From assembly GCA_038087875.1 (NCBI GenBank), contig CM075990.1:17300001-17364000 (forward strand): a stretch of 64,000 nucleotides of DNA, in the 5' to 3' direction. Every line of letters begins with the position of its first letter. The stretch's first letter is position 1. Both the position numbers and the translations under genes were made by a program. The DNA is from Malacoraja senta. Its lineage: Eukaryota. This document shows, one piece after another, positions 25,313 through 36,517 of the stretch. The notes under the pieces were generated by a model. That model had not been told where the DNA came from. It did not search any database and saw only the letters and a program-made list of their open reading frames with translations.

Positions 25313-26194
25313 GGACTTTCCATGTCAAGAAGCTTGTGAGCTCTGAACAAGCTGAGTTTCTCAAATGTTATGAAATTCCTTTGCCAAATTGATTATCTTT
25401 AGTTTTCTTTTCCTAATTTGACCATCAATATCCTCTCCAGTTGCCAAAGTTAGGAAGCAACGCTAATTGGTTGTTTTCCACCTGAAGGTAATACAGGTGA
25501 GGTGACTGCACTCACCTCATCTGGAGATGATTCACCAGCAAGTCCATAGCACCACCGTATTCAGGAGCAGCTTCTACCCCACTGTTATCAGGCTACTGAA
25601 CCGTCCCCTCATAAGATATGGGTGTAGTTCCGATCTTCCAACCTCGGCTAGGGAGAGCCTGCCACAGCAACACGGGCATGAGAAGGCCATTCAACCCCTC
25701 ATGCCTGCTCTCCCATTCAATAAGAGCATGGATAATCTTTGACCTCCACACCACTTGGCTGCATAAACCCCATTTCCAAACTCCTACAGACGTCCATCTT
25801 GAGTGTACTCCAAGACCCGGGTCTCCACAGACGGAGCAGATAATTCTACAGGTTCCCCTTCCTCTGGGTCAGGACATCTTTTATTATCTCTGCTTTGATG
25901 AGCTATTTTGTGGATATCACAGCCGGGAGAAACATCATCCCAGTCAAAGCCCGTACAAAGTTTGTACATCCCAATGAGATCATATCTCATTCCTCTAAGC
26001 TCCAGAGGGTATAGACCTAGTCTGCTCAATCATTTCTCATTGGACAAACACACCACACCACAAATGAATCTGGTGAACTGTAGTTACGCAGCTTCTTTCA
26101 GAAGTATAATCTTCCTTAGCTTGGGTCACCAGGCTAGTATACAATATTATGAGACATTTTCACCAAGGTCTGATATAATTGCAATAAATTGTCT

Positions 26195-26480
26195 CTCTGC
26201 TGGTAGAGCTGCTGCCTCATAGCATCAGAGTTCCAGGTTCGATCCTGACCTCAGCTGTTGTCTGTGTGGCGTTTGCATGTTCTTTCTGTGGGTTTCCTCT
26301 GGGTAATCTGGTTTCCTCCCGCATCCCAAAGACGCATGGGATTGTAGCTTAACTGGCCTCTGTAAATTGTCCATAGTGTGTAGGCAGTGGATGCGAAAAT
26401 GAACATAGAACCAATATGAACGGGTGATCGATGGTCGGCATGGAGGTGGTTGGCCTGTATCCACTTTGTGTCTCTAAACT
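26195..26480 (+). mobile_element. V-SINE (HE1-like) with expanded tail
   Basis: Head and V-domain; tail continues into the pentamer array. Confidence 0.8.
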
Positions 26481-27237
26481 AGACCAGACTAGACTAGACT
26501 AGACTAGACTAGACTAGACTAGACTGGACTGGACTGGACTGGACTGGACTGGACTGGACTAGACTAGACTAGACTAGACTAGACTAGACTAGACTAGACT
26601 GGACTGGACTGGACTGGACTGGACTGGACTGGACTGGACTGACTGGACTGGACTGGACTGGACTGGACTGGACTGGACTGGACTGGACTGGACTGGACTG
26701 GACTGGACTGGACTGGACTGGACTGGACGGGACGGGACGGGACGGGACGGGACGGGACGGGACGGGACGGGACGGGACGGGACGGGACGGGACGGGACGG
26801 GACGGGACGGGACGGGACGGGACGGGACGGGACGGGACGGGACGGGACGGGACGGACGGGACGAGACGAGACGAGACGAGACGAGACGAGACGAGACGAG
26901 ACGAGACGAGACGAGACGAGACGAGACGAGACGAGACGAGACGAGACGAGACGAGACGAGACGAGACGAGACGAGACGAGACGAGACGAGACGAGACGAG
27001 ACGAGACGAGACGAGACGAGACGAGACGAGACGAGACGAGACGAGACGAGACGAGACGAGACGAGACGAGACGAGACGAGACGAGACGAGACGAGACGAG
27101 ACGAGACGAGACGAGACGAGACGAGACGAGACGAGACGAGACGAGACGAGACGAGACGAGACGAGACGAGACGAGACGAGACGAGACGAGACGAGACGAG
27201 ACGAGACGAAATTAAACTACTAAACTAAACTAAACTA
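26479..27237. repeat. Compound pentanucleotide microsatellite (CTAGA)n(CTGGA)n(CGGGA)n(CGAGA)n
   Basis: Direct inspection. Confidence 0.97.
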
Positions 27238-29054
27238 CTTTTACACTTAAATCTCCTTCAATAAATGAGTGATAACTTTCAGTGATTCGTCCCTCAAAAC
27301 ACTAACTCATTTCATTCCACATTTAAAAATAAAGAGGGTGGCAGCAAGTTCCAGGCACTCTGTGTGAAAACCTGCCCCACACATCTGTAAACTGTATGCC
27401 ATGCCCTCTGGTACTTGTCATTCCCACCCTGGGGATGCATCATGCAGTATGTTTCCTCACATATTCTGTGTTTTCATTTTCTTAAGTAATCTCTTGTGCG
27501 TCTCTTTAACAGAAGTCCCCACACACCACATGCACAGATTTCTCTCTTCAGCTGATTACAATCCCAAAGGTTTCACCTGCAATGCCATCCTAAATGTGTT
27601 CTTATTCATAATTCGCCTCACCTCTCCAATGAGCCATGGCCTCCGCATGAAGTCAGACCAAGACGTTCTTCCTTGTTGCAAACACACACACACATAGCTT
27701 CCTGGATTAATGCTGGGTTTCTTTTAACCATTTCAGAGAATGTCAAGCTGAAGTATTGCAAAACCATTGGAACTCGGAACATAGAACAACACAGTACAGG
27801 AGCAGGCCATTCGGCCCACGATGTTCGTGTTGAATGTAATGCCAAGTTAAACTAATCTCTTCTCCCTGCAAGTGATCCATCCCCATCCATTCACTACATT
27901 TCCAGGTGCCTATCCAAAAGCCTGTTAACACCACCATTATACCTGTCTCCACCACCAGCTCTAGCAGCACATTCCAGGCACCCACCACTCTCCTGCCCCA
28001 CCCAACTCATTCAACCCGTCTCACCTTGAAACTATGTCCACCAATTGTTGACATTTCTACCCTGAGAAAAAGGTTCTGACTGTCTACCCTATCTGTGGGA
28101 AGATGTTTCCCACTAGTGGGAGAGTCTAGGACCAGAGGGCAGAGCCTCAGAATAAAAGGATGTATCTTTAGAAAGGAGAAGGGATTTCTTTATAGTCAGA
28201 TGGCGGTGAATCTGTGGAGTTCATTGCCACAGAAGGCTGTGGAGGCCAAGTCAATGGATATTTTTAAGGCAGAGATTGATAGATTCTTGACCACCCATCT
28301 ACCTTTATAGAGACCTTTGGACTGTCTTTGATTAGACGATACTGGACTTTCTCATGCTCTAAATATCATTTCCTTTATCCTATGTGGATGTCTTGATTGA
28401 CACTGTGGATGTCTTGATTGTAATTATGTGTTGTCTTTCTGCTGACTGGATAGCACGCAACAAAAAAGTTTTTCACTCTACCTCATAGCAACTAAACTCA
28501 ACTAAACTAGCATCATATAACCTCAGATTTAAAAGACTATCTCTGTCACTTAGAAGACAAAGTTATTAAATAAATGAAATATTTTTTTTAAGTTAAATAA
28601 ATTAAATAAGGACATATAACAGAAAATACAATGTATGATGACTTGGATGCAAATTCCAGTATTCCAGACCAACATTTATCCTTCAGCTAATTCCACCAAA
28701 ATTAAAACCCTTGAATGGTTTAAAGAAATACAAATAGCTTCCATTGGTTGAAGGTCTAATGAGGAGGGATTTACTGTCCTTGGCAAAAGAACCTGAGGGG
28801 AGATGAGGAAAATATTCTTCACATAACCTGTGGTTAGGATTTGGAGTTAACTGCAAAATAGACCATGGCAGCAGATTTAAAACGAAGTCATTAAACAATT
28901 GTGATAACTACTTGGCAGAAACATAGCAGAGGTTTAGGAATGGACGGGAAGGCTTGTTGTGTGACTGGTCATTGAAAGAGTCAACAGACTCAGTAGGTTG
29001 AATGATTTTTCTCCATTGCTGTTCTTTGGTTCAATGGTTCAGACTCACTGGCTA

Positions 29055-29513
29055 AGGTCATAAGGTCATAAGGAATAGGAGTAGAATGAGGCCATTCGGC
29101 CCATCAAGTCTTCTCTGCCATTCAATCATAGCTGATCTATCTCTCCCTCCTAACCCCATTCTCCTGCCTTCTCCCCATAACCTCTGACACCCGTACTAAT
29201 CAAGAATCTATCTATCTTTGCCTTAAAAATATCCACTGACTTGGCCTCCACAGCCTTCTGTGGCAAAGAATTCCACAGATTCACCACTCTCTGACTAAAG
29301 AAATGTCTCCTCATCTCCTTCCTAAAAAAATGGCCTTTAATTCTGAGACTGTGGCCTCTGGTCCTAGACTCTCCCACGAGTGGAAACATCATCTCCACAT
29401 CCACTCTATCCAAGCCTTTCACTATTCTGTAGGTTTCAATTAGGTCCCCCCTCATTCTTCTAAACTTCAGCGAGTACAGGCCCAGTGCTGACAAACGCTC
29501 ATCATAGATTAAC
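29055..29513 (-). mobile_element. CR1 LINE 3' end
   Basis: LGLYSLKFRRMRGDLIETY..ESRTRGHSLRIKG..SQRVVNLWNSLPQ plus 3' UTR and (ATGACCTT)n tail. Confidence 0.9.
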
Positions 29514-30136
29514 CTAGGTTGCTGAAGGAATGGCTCCAGAAGTGATGCAGGCTGTACCCAATCTGTAAGGTATTCACCCCAACCAATGTCTGGCTCTTCT
29601 GGGCAATATTGTCCATCAGTGCAGATCCTGGGGCAACAATGTCCTAGTTCACTGTAATGTCCACTTTGCATTACAGCGCTGGTGATGAAAAGCCAGCTGT
29701 CAAAGTGCTGAGTCATCTCCCATTACCAGTCTGTTGCCTAAACAGGAAGTCCGAGCATTTAATTAGAGGCATGGCTGACCTTCAAGAGTCAATTCAAATT
29801 CCTGTCCACATGTCATTGCTAAACTACAAGGATTCCTGATTGGGAAAGCAGGTTCTGTTTTTAAAAGCAACAACAGGCCTTGTGTGTTTGTTGCAGGCTG
29901 TTGCTGTCATTATTTTAAGACTGCTCTTGCAATGATGCTGGGGATTCTGATAAATCATCACAAGATCTAGTTTCCACCCACTGGGCCCTGGTAGGAGAGA
30001 GACACAAAGTAGGTGCATGCTCACAGGAAGAATTATTTGCATTCCTGTTGCATTTTTCTCATTCCTTTCAATCACCTTTTAAAATCTTGAAGGGTCAAGT
30101 TGAGGTGAAACTATTTCCGCATTTAATAAGTAGGTC

Positions 30137-30190
30137 GGGGTGGGAGATTGCAACCTTCATGTGGTCCGCCCTGTTTCGACGAATGCAATC
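30137..30190 (+). ncRNA. Minimal HDV-like self-cleaving ribozyme motif
   Basis: P1 GGGGUGG/CCGCCCU, P2 GAUUGCA/UGCAAUC, P3 ACC/GGU, L3 UUCAUGU, minimal P4 region GUUUCGA, J4/2 CGAA. Confidence 0.8.
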
Positions 30191-30275
30191 AACCCGGACG
30201 TGCACAATCAAATAAGATCAAATACAACAAGTTGTCCTACAACTATAGGCTGTGCACGTCACAGGCAAGAAGAAG
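30137..30275 (+). mobile_element. ~140-bp HDV-ribozyme-headed short retroelement, copy B
   Basis: GGGGTGGGAGATTGCAACC... ending in AGAAGAAGA; TSD-like ataagtagg/ataactagg. Confidence 0.85.
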
Positions 30276-30289
30276 ATAACTAGGATTTA

Positions 30290-30655
30290 AAGAAGGTAGA
30301 CACAAAATGCTGGAGCAACTCAGCGGGTCAGGCAGCATCTCTGGAGAAAAGGAATAGGTGATCTTTTGGGTTGGAACCCTTCTTCAGACTGAAAGATAGG
30401 GGGGGGGGGGGAATTGGAAACAAGAACAGGCCAGGACATATCAGGGCCGGGCAACAGATGACCTATCAGGAGGGGTGAGGTCCATAATGGGCCATTGTTG
30501 GCTGGGGATGGTGTGCTATTGAGGAGACACCAGTGGAACATAGGAAGCTAGAGGGGGGGAGGGGTAGAGAAGGGGTAAGGAGGTACTTGATATTAGAGAA
30601 ATCAATGTTTATACCATTGGGTTGTGAGCTGTTCAAGTGAAATATGAGGTGAATA
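30290..30655 (-). mobile_element. Penelope-like element 3' fragment
   Basis: HLIFHLNSSQPNGINIDFSNIK followed by the hammerhead-type terminal repeat. Confidence 0.7.
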
Positions 30656-30673
30656 TTTAGTGCATTGTAAATA

Positions 30674-31104
30674 TTTTCCATGGATTGTCACCGTGTCGTG
30701 GTGGAGAAGCTTGTGTAGACCTGAGATCCTGAGAGCGATGCCGTCTGGAGCTATGCTCCTGGTAGGGCCACCCATGGCGGTAAGGTCAAGGGGGAGGTCT
30801 CTGACAAAGAGCAATCCAACCAAGACCTCAACGGTGGAACAGGCGGAGGACGATGGCTGACCTTAATGGACCGTCACAATGACTGGGAAGGCGGATGAAG
30901 GCTGCAGCAGAAAAGGGTCTCCGGTCATCTTGGACTCCATGCCACTGGATCCTGACCCAGATCTGTCGAGGACCGTGGGGTGGCTGTCTGTGCACCAGTC
31001 TCCCCACGTTAAACAAAGTCACGCACAGGCGTCCTCCATACAGAGAATAGCACCCTGGAGACACCCAAGGTCAGCCATGACCGAAGGGGGCCTAAGCTGA
31101 GCTA
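30674..31104 (+). mobile_element. RTE-clade 5' UTR-derived element
   Basis: Head CCATGGATTGTCACCGTGTCGTGGTGGAGAAGCTTG..GAGCTATGC related to the 19835-20142 element. Confidence 0.6.
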
Positions 31105-31312
31105 AATTAAGTGCATTCAAAAACTGCTCACACAATGCTTCTCATCGTCACATTTAATAAACTCACAAAGGGTTGGAATCCGTGCATGCACACTATAGGA
31201 TTCACATCATAGCTATTATTCTTATTTGCAAATCTGGACTTCCAATTAGCCACAAGTGGTTAGTAGCTAATATATTGAACATCACTGCATGCGGCAAGGT
31301 GGTGCAGCGGGT

Positions 31313-31600
31313 AGAGCTGCTGCCTCACAGGCCAGAGAACCGGGTTCAATCCTGACCTCGGGTACTGTCTGTGTGGAGTTTGCACGTTCTCCCTGTGACT
31401 GTATGGGTTTCCTCCGGGTGCTCCGGTTTCCTCCCACATCCCAAAGACGTGCGGGTTTGTAGGTTAATTGGCCCTCCGTGAACTGTGAGTTGATGAGAAA
31501 GTGGGAGAACATAGAATTAGTGTGATTGGCAGTCGGCGTGGACTCGTGGAATAAAGGGCCTGTTTCCATGCTGTATCGTTGAACCAAAACGAGACTAAAA
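31313..31600 (+). mobile_element. V-SINE (HE1-like)
   Basis: Full-length copy. Confidence 0.85.
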
Positions 31601-31792
31601 CACAAGGGAGGCTGTTGTTCAAAACCACATCGAGACCAGTCTGGTCATCCCAAGTTCTACAGGGCACATGCCGAAGGAAAGTGACAATAGGAAGAGGCCA
31701 AGCGGGAAATACGTGAGTAACAGGAACTGAAATGGATGTTCCACTGCCCGGCAGATCCATTGCACAAGAACAGCAACCAATGGGACCCACTG

Positions 31793-32225
31793 TCTTCTTC
31801 TTCTTGCGTATTGCGTGCACAGCCTAAAGTTGTAGGTCAACTTGTTCTATTAGATCTTTTGTTTCTGCACATCGGGTTGATTGCATAAAGGGCCTGTCCC
31901 ACTGTACGAGGTAATTCAAGAGCTCTCCCGAGTTTAAAAAAAAATCAACCTGGTGGTAAGCACGTAGAATGTACATAGCGGGTACGTCGGAGCTCGGGGA
32001 CGTCTCTTAGCGGCTCGTAACGCTAACGGCAGGTACTCGGGAAATGCAGTTGAAATGTTGAAAAATGTCCACGAGAGCCCCGAGTACCTACGAGCGGCTA
32101 TTACCGTAATTCTCCGAGTTCGAATCAGGGGAAACTCGGGAGAACTCTTGAATTAGCTCGTACAGTGGGACAGGCCCATTAGTCGAAACAGGGTGGACCA
32201 CATGAAGTTTGCAATCTCCCACCCC
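31793..32225 (-). mobile_element. HDV-ribozyme-headed short retroelement, copy C, interrupted by a MITE
   Basis: Both halves of the element flank the MITE at 31890-32177; TSD-like gggacccactgt/gggaccaaccgt. Confidence 0.8.
31890..32177. mobile_element. PIF/Harbinger-like MITE
   Basis: ~46-bp TIR GGGCCTGTCCCACTGTACGAG.TAATTCAAGAG.TCTCCCGAGTTT, flanked by TAA/TTA. Confidence 0.85.
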
Positions 32226-32349
32226 GGGACCAACCGTGTAATTAAAGGAGTCAAGGTCAGAGCTTTTTTAGTGGTTAAAAGCTGCCCGGGTACGTATCTA
32301 TTTTATAGAGTAAGCTACATTGTTCAACCATTTTTTTCCAGCTATAGGG

Positions 32350-32658
32350 CGACACTAACGCAGCGGTAGAGTTGCTGCCTCACAGCGCCAGAGACCCGGG
32401 TTTGATCCTGACTACAGGCGCTGTCTGTACCGAGTTTGTACGTTCTCCCCGTGACCGAGTGGGTTTTCTCCAAGATCTTCAGTTTCATTCCACACTCCAA
32501 AGACATGCAGGTATGTAGGTTAATTGGCTTGGTATAATTGTAAATTGTCCCTGGTGTGTGCTGGATAGTGTTAGTGTGTGGGGATCGCTGGTCGGTGCGG
32601 ACTCGGTGGGCCGAAGGGCCTGTTTCCACGCTGTATCTCTAAACTAAACTAAACTAAA
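32350..32658 (+). mobile_element. V-SINE (HE1-like)
   Basis: Full-length copy with (CTAAA)n tail. Confidence 0.85.
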
Positions 32659-32799
32659 TATACACAATGTTGGGGACACTTTAAGGTCATAAGGTCATAA
32701 AGAATAGGAGTAGAATTAGGCCATTCGGTCCATCAAGACTACACCGGTTGTTCTATCTTTCCCTCCTAACCCCATTCTCCTGCCCTCTCCCCAAAAGAG

Positions 32800-32869
32800 T
32801 GGAGGCCAGGGATTGAACCCAAGGCCTCATACATGCAAAGTATTCGCTCTACCACTGAGCTACATCCCC
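32800..32869 (-). pseudogene. tRNA-Ala(TGC)-derived pseudogene
   Basis: GGGGATGTAGCTCAGTGGTAGAGCGAATACTTTGCATGTATGAGGCCTTGGGTTCAATCCCTGGCCTCCA: intact A/B boxes and TGC anticodon, but ~2-nt deletion in the 3' acceptor strand and a mismatch atop the anticodon stem; TTTT follows. Confidence 0.8.
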
Positions 32870-35800
32870 TGCCCATAGCTTGCAATGTAATAACTGAACT
32901 CTAAGTTCAAACCAATACATTTTCTAATTCATTCACTTACGTTATTCATTAGCTAAGCACGATCAATAAGGATGAGCACAGAAGCTGAGCTTGATGAGGT
33001 GATGCTGTTGAACGCTGAGCTGTAGTCAATGACCAATAGGCTCACGTACTTGTTCCTCTTGTCCAAGTGGTCCAGCTGAAAGTGGAGGGCCAGCGAGATC
33101 GCACCCACTATTGGTGGTTGTCATGGTCAAGTCAAGAGTGTTTGATTGTCATATGTCCCAGATAGAACAAGGACATTCTGCTTGAAATGATAACTGAAGT
33201 GGATTCAGATCTTTAATAAGGCAAGAGTTGACTTGTGTTGTAACCAACCTCTCAAAGCACTTCATCACAGCGGAGATGAGTGGTCATTGAGGCATGTCAC
33301 CTTACTCCTGGCCACCGGTATTATCAATATCTTTTTAAAAGTAGGCAGGAACCTTGAACCGTTGCGGTAAGAGGTTGAAGAAGCCCGCAAAAACTCCAGA
33401 CCAATTGCTCTGCAAATATTTAACATTAGAATTTGGGAGATCCAAATATAACAAAAGTCTGCAGGAAACAGGAGGCCAAGATATAGATGGTTTGTCCAGA
33501 TGTTTTAAATGTATGTTCAGCCCCGACACAAAACTGCAAGAATTGGCATGGTAAAAGAAAACACAAAGTGCTGGAGTAACTCAACGAGTTAGGCAGCATC
33601 TCTGGAGAACATGCATAGATGACATTTTGGGTCGGGACCCTTCTTCATATTTGGCAGAGTCCTTCTCTAACCCAGTGGAGGTCTAGACTTTCAAATGTGC
33701 GAGGTTCCCCAGGAGTCCCCCGTTAATTCTAAACATGTTTGAGTACGACTACATCAAACTTTATTTTTTTTCTGTGCAAAAGTTCTCAATTAATCTCAGT
33801 CTGTTACTGGGCAGTAAGTGGCCGATTGTGGAAAGTGCTGAGCCATCAGAATAGTGTTACTGATCCCGAGAGGGTAATTAAGACCACGTGCCTGTACCCA
33901 GGACCGAGAGAATATTTGACTCTCGGCTGAATCCCGAGAGATTGCCATTTGGTGTTTTTCCTTTGTGCAGCGCTGATCGTAACGGAGTGAGCAGTGAACA
34001 TTTCTAGCCCTGCTGTTTAATTTGGCAAACTCCTTCAACTTAAACATCCAATTCTACAATTCCGTACAAAAGCCTCCTGTGATCATTTGACATCTGGTGA
34101 GGTTGCAAATCCCAGCATCAACTAAATCATACAAAATGTTCTCCACGATGCATGCCTTTTGACATGTCGATCCAGATTTATCTATTCCATGTGTACTGCC
34201 TAATTCCCATTCCCACACACAACAGCAATCACACATTTGGCAGCATAAATATTCTCAATGCAGCCCTCCCCCCCCCCCCCCCCTGCTCTCTGTCCCATAT
34301 GCACCAGGCGGCTGTGGAGGCCAAGTCAGTGGATATTTTTAAAGCAGAGAAAGATAGATTCTTGATTAGTACGGGTGTCAGAGGTTTTGGGCAGAAGGCA
34401 GGAGAATGGGGTTAGGAGGGAGAGATAGATCAGTCATGATTGAATGGCAGAGGAGACTTGATGGGCCGAATGGCCTAATTCTACTCCTATCACTTAGACC
34501 TTATGACCATTTGTAACAAAACCAACTCCTTAGCTCTCCGTCACATTATCAAAGCTTTCTTTAGCTAGATGAAATATATATTAAACTATTTGATTTGCTC
34601 AGGCTCTCTCTATTTTCTCATCGGTAGATTTCTAACATCCCCTAGTTACAGAATTCCTTTATATAGCATTCATGCAAATTTTGTATCTTGTCTGAAGCCT
34701 TAGTGTAATATTTCACCTGAAGAAACAGCACCTGGTATCTTCACAGCAAAGTGTTCAACATGGTTGTGAAGAGTTTGTTTAGGCACACAATATTACTTGT
34801 GGATAGGGCTGTGTAGGAAGGAACTGCAGATGCTGGTTTAAACTGAAGATAGACACAAAATGCTGGAGTAACTCAGCGGGACAGGCAGCATCTCTGGAAA
34901 GAAGGAATGGGTGACGTTTCAGGTCGAGACCCTTCTTCAGACTTGGTTGGTCAGCATGGGCAAGTTGGGCTGAAGGACCTGTTTCTGTTACTCCCCTTTG
35001 TAGTAAAGAGTTCTCCCCTTTACTACAATCAGTCTGAAGAAGTGTCCCGACCCGAAACATCGCCGCTGCACGTCCTCCAGAGATGCTTCCAGACTTGCTA
35101 AGTTACTACAGTGCTTTGTGTCTTTGTGGGTGATGCAGCTTCTGCTGTTCCTTGTGTCCACAATGATGACAGAGTTGAGTTTCCTAACAACTGTAGTCTA
35201 CACACCGCACACATGAAATAAATATATTCTAACTGCTGGTTAATTCCAAACCAATGACATTGAGTGCTACTTCATGAGTAAAAAATCCTTTATTTATCTA
35301 ACATCTTTCAGCACATTCCTCTTTCTTGTTCTTGGCTGTTATGTTTCTGCAAGGTATCTGCAGAAAAATTCCTCTCCACGTCATTGACATTTTGTTTGTT
35401 GACTAGGTGGTTCATCAAAGTGCCAGGCTTGCTTCCCTTAAAAACAACTTCTGTATTTACCCAAGCACTCTGCGAGATTTGCTCCAAGGTGTCAGGAATA
35501 TTCCTTTTTCAACATTTTATTTTTCGGTGAGATCTGTCAGGAGTATACTAGTTCCAAATAGAAGCAATGTCGTCTGGAGTTAGGGGTGTCTGCCAACATT
35601 CCGTGGTTTGGTTTAGTTGAGCCCAACCTAGACAAACTCAGCCAAACCAAATGATAGCAACATTGCTGGTCGATGAGAAGCGGCCGCATACTTGCAAGAA
35701 ATCCAATATGGGATCTTTTCCTTCAAGATTACAGGGCAAAGCGCCGGCAATGCATCGCTGAATGGCTTGCCTCTGCAAAAAATAGTCCTGGCTGAATTAT

Positions 35801-36317
35801 GGCTGTATCAGCAAACGTTCACCCTGACTAAGCTCCTCAAATCTGGGCTGGCTCTCTTTAGTTCTGAGTGCTGATTGTCAAGGATTAAAGGCCCAGACTT
35901 AATTCTGTCAGCAGCTTTTCATCACTTGGCAGGATCATACTAGTACTCCCCGAATAACGGCAGGATCAAGGCAAGCCCTATTCTACCTGCACTCATCTAA
36001 AAGTAACACTGAAAAGCTCTCATTTCTACGTTGTGTTTAGGACAACAGCTAAAGAACATTCATAGAGTAAATCACTGGTATAACATAGGACATGAAGCCA
36101 ACTGCGACTGCAAACCAAACTGCTCCAAGCAGTGGAGGTTGGCCCAGCGGTGAGACGATTTGCTGCGTTCTTCCTGCTATTCACAAGCAGCAGCATTTTG
36201 CTTCTTTAATCTTAAGGAACCATCGAGATATGTGAATGCAGCTGAGTTTACCCCAATACTGGAAGGATGTGGAGACATTGGAGAGGGTGCAGATAAGGTT
36301 TGCCAGAATGCTGTATG

Positions 36318-36517
36318 TGTAAGAAGGAACTGCAGATGCTGGTTAAACCGAAGATAGACACAAAATACAGGAGTAACTCAGCGGGTCAGGCAGCATCTCT
36401 GGAGAAAAGGAATAGGTGACGTTTCGGGTCGAAACCCTTCTGAAGAAGGGCCCTATTCCTTTTCTCCAGAGATGCTGTCTGACCCACTGGGTTACTCCAG
36501 TATTTTGTGTCTATCTT
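36318..36517. mobile_element. Inverted pair of Penelope-like terminal repeats (representative; similar at ~6800-6962, 10868-11003, 12066-12285, 15978-16172, 22368-22558, 44930-45135, 47525-47923)
   Basis: agacacaaaat..ggagtaactcagcgggtcaggcagcatctctggaga followed by its reverse complement. Confidence 0.75.

Noticed and set aside
29150..29716. 188-aa ORF with RT-associated motifs as a host gene
   Set aside because: 5'-truncated CR1 ORF2 end in chance fusion with flanking sequence
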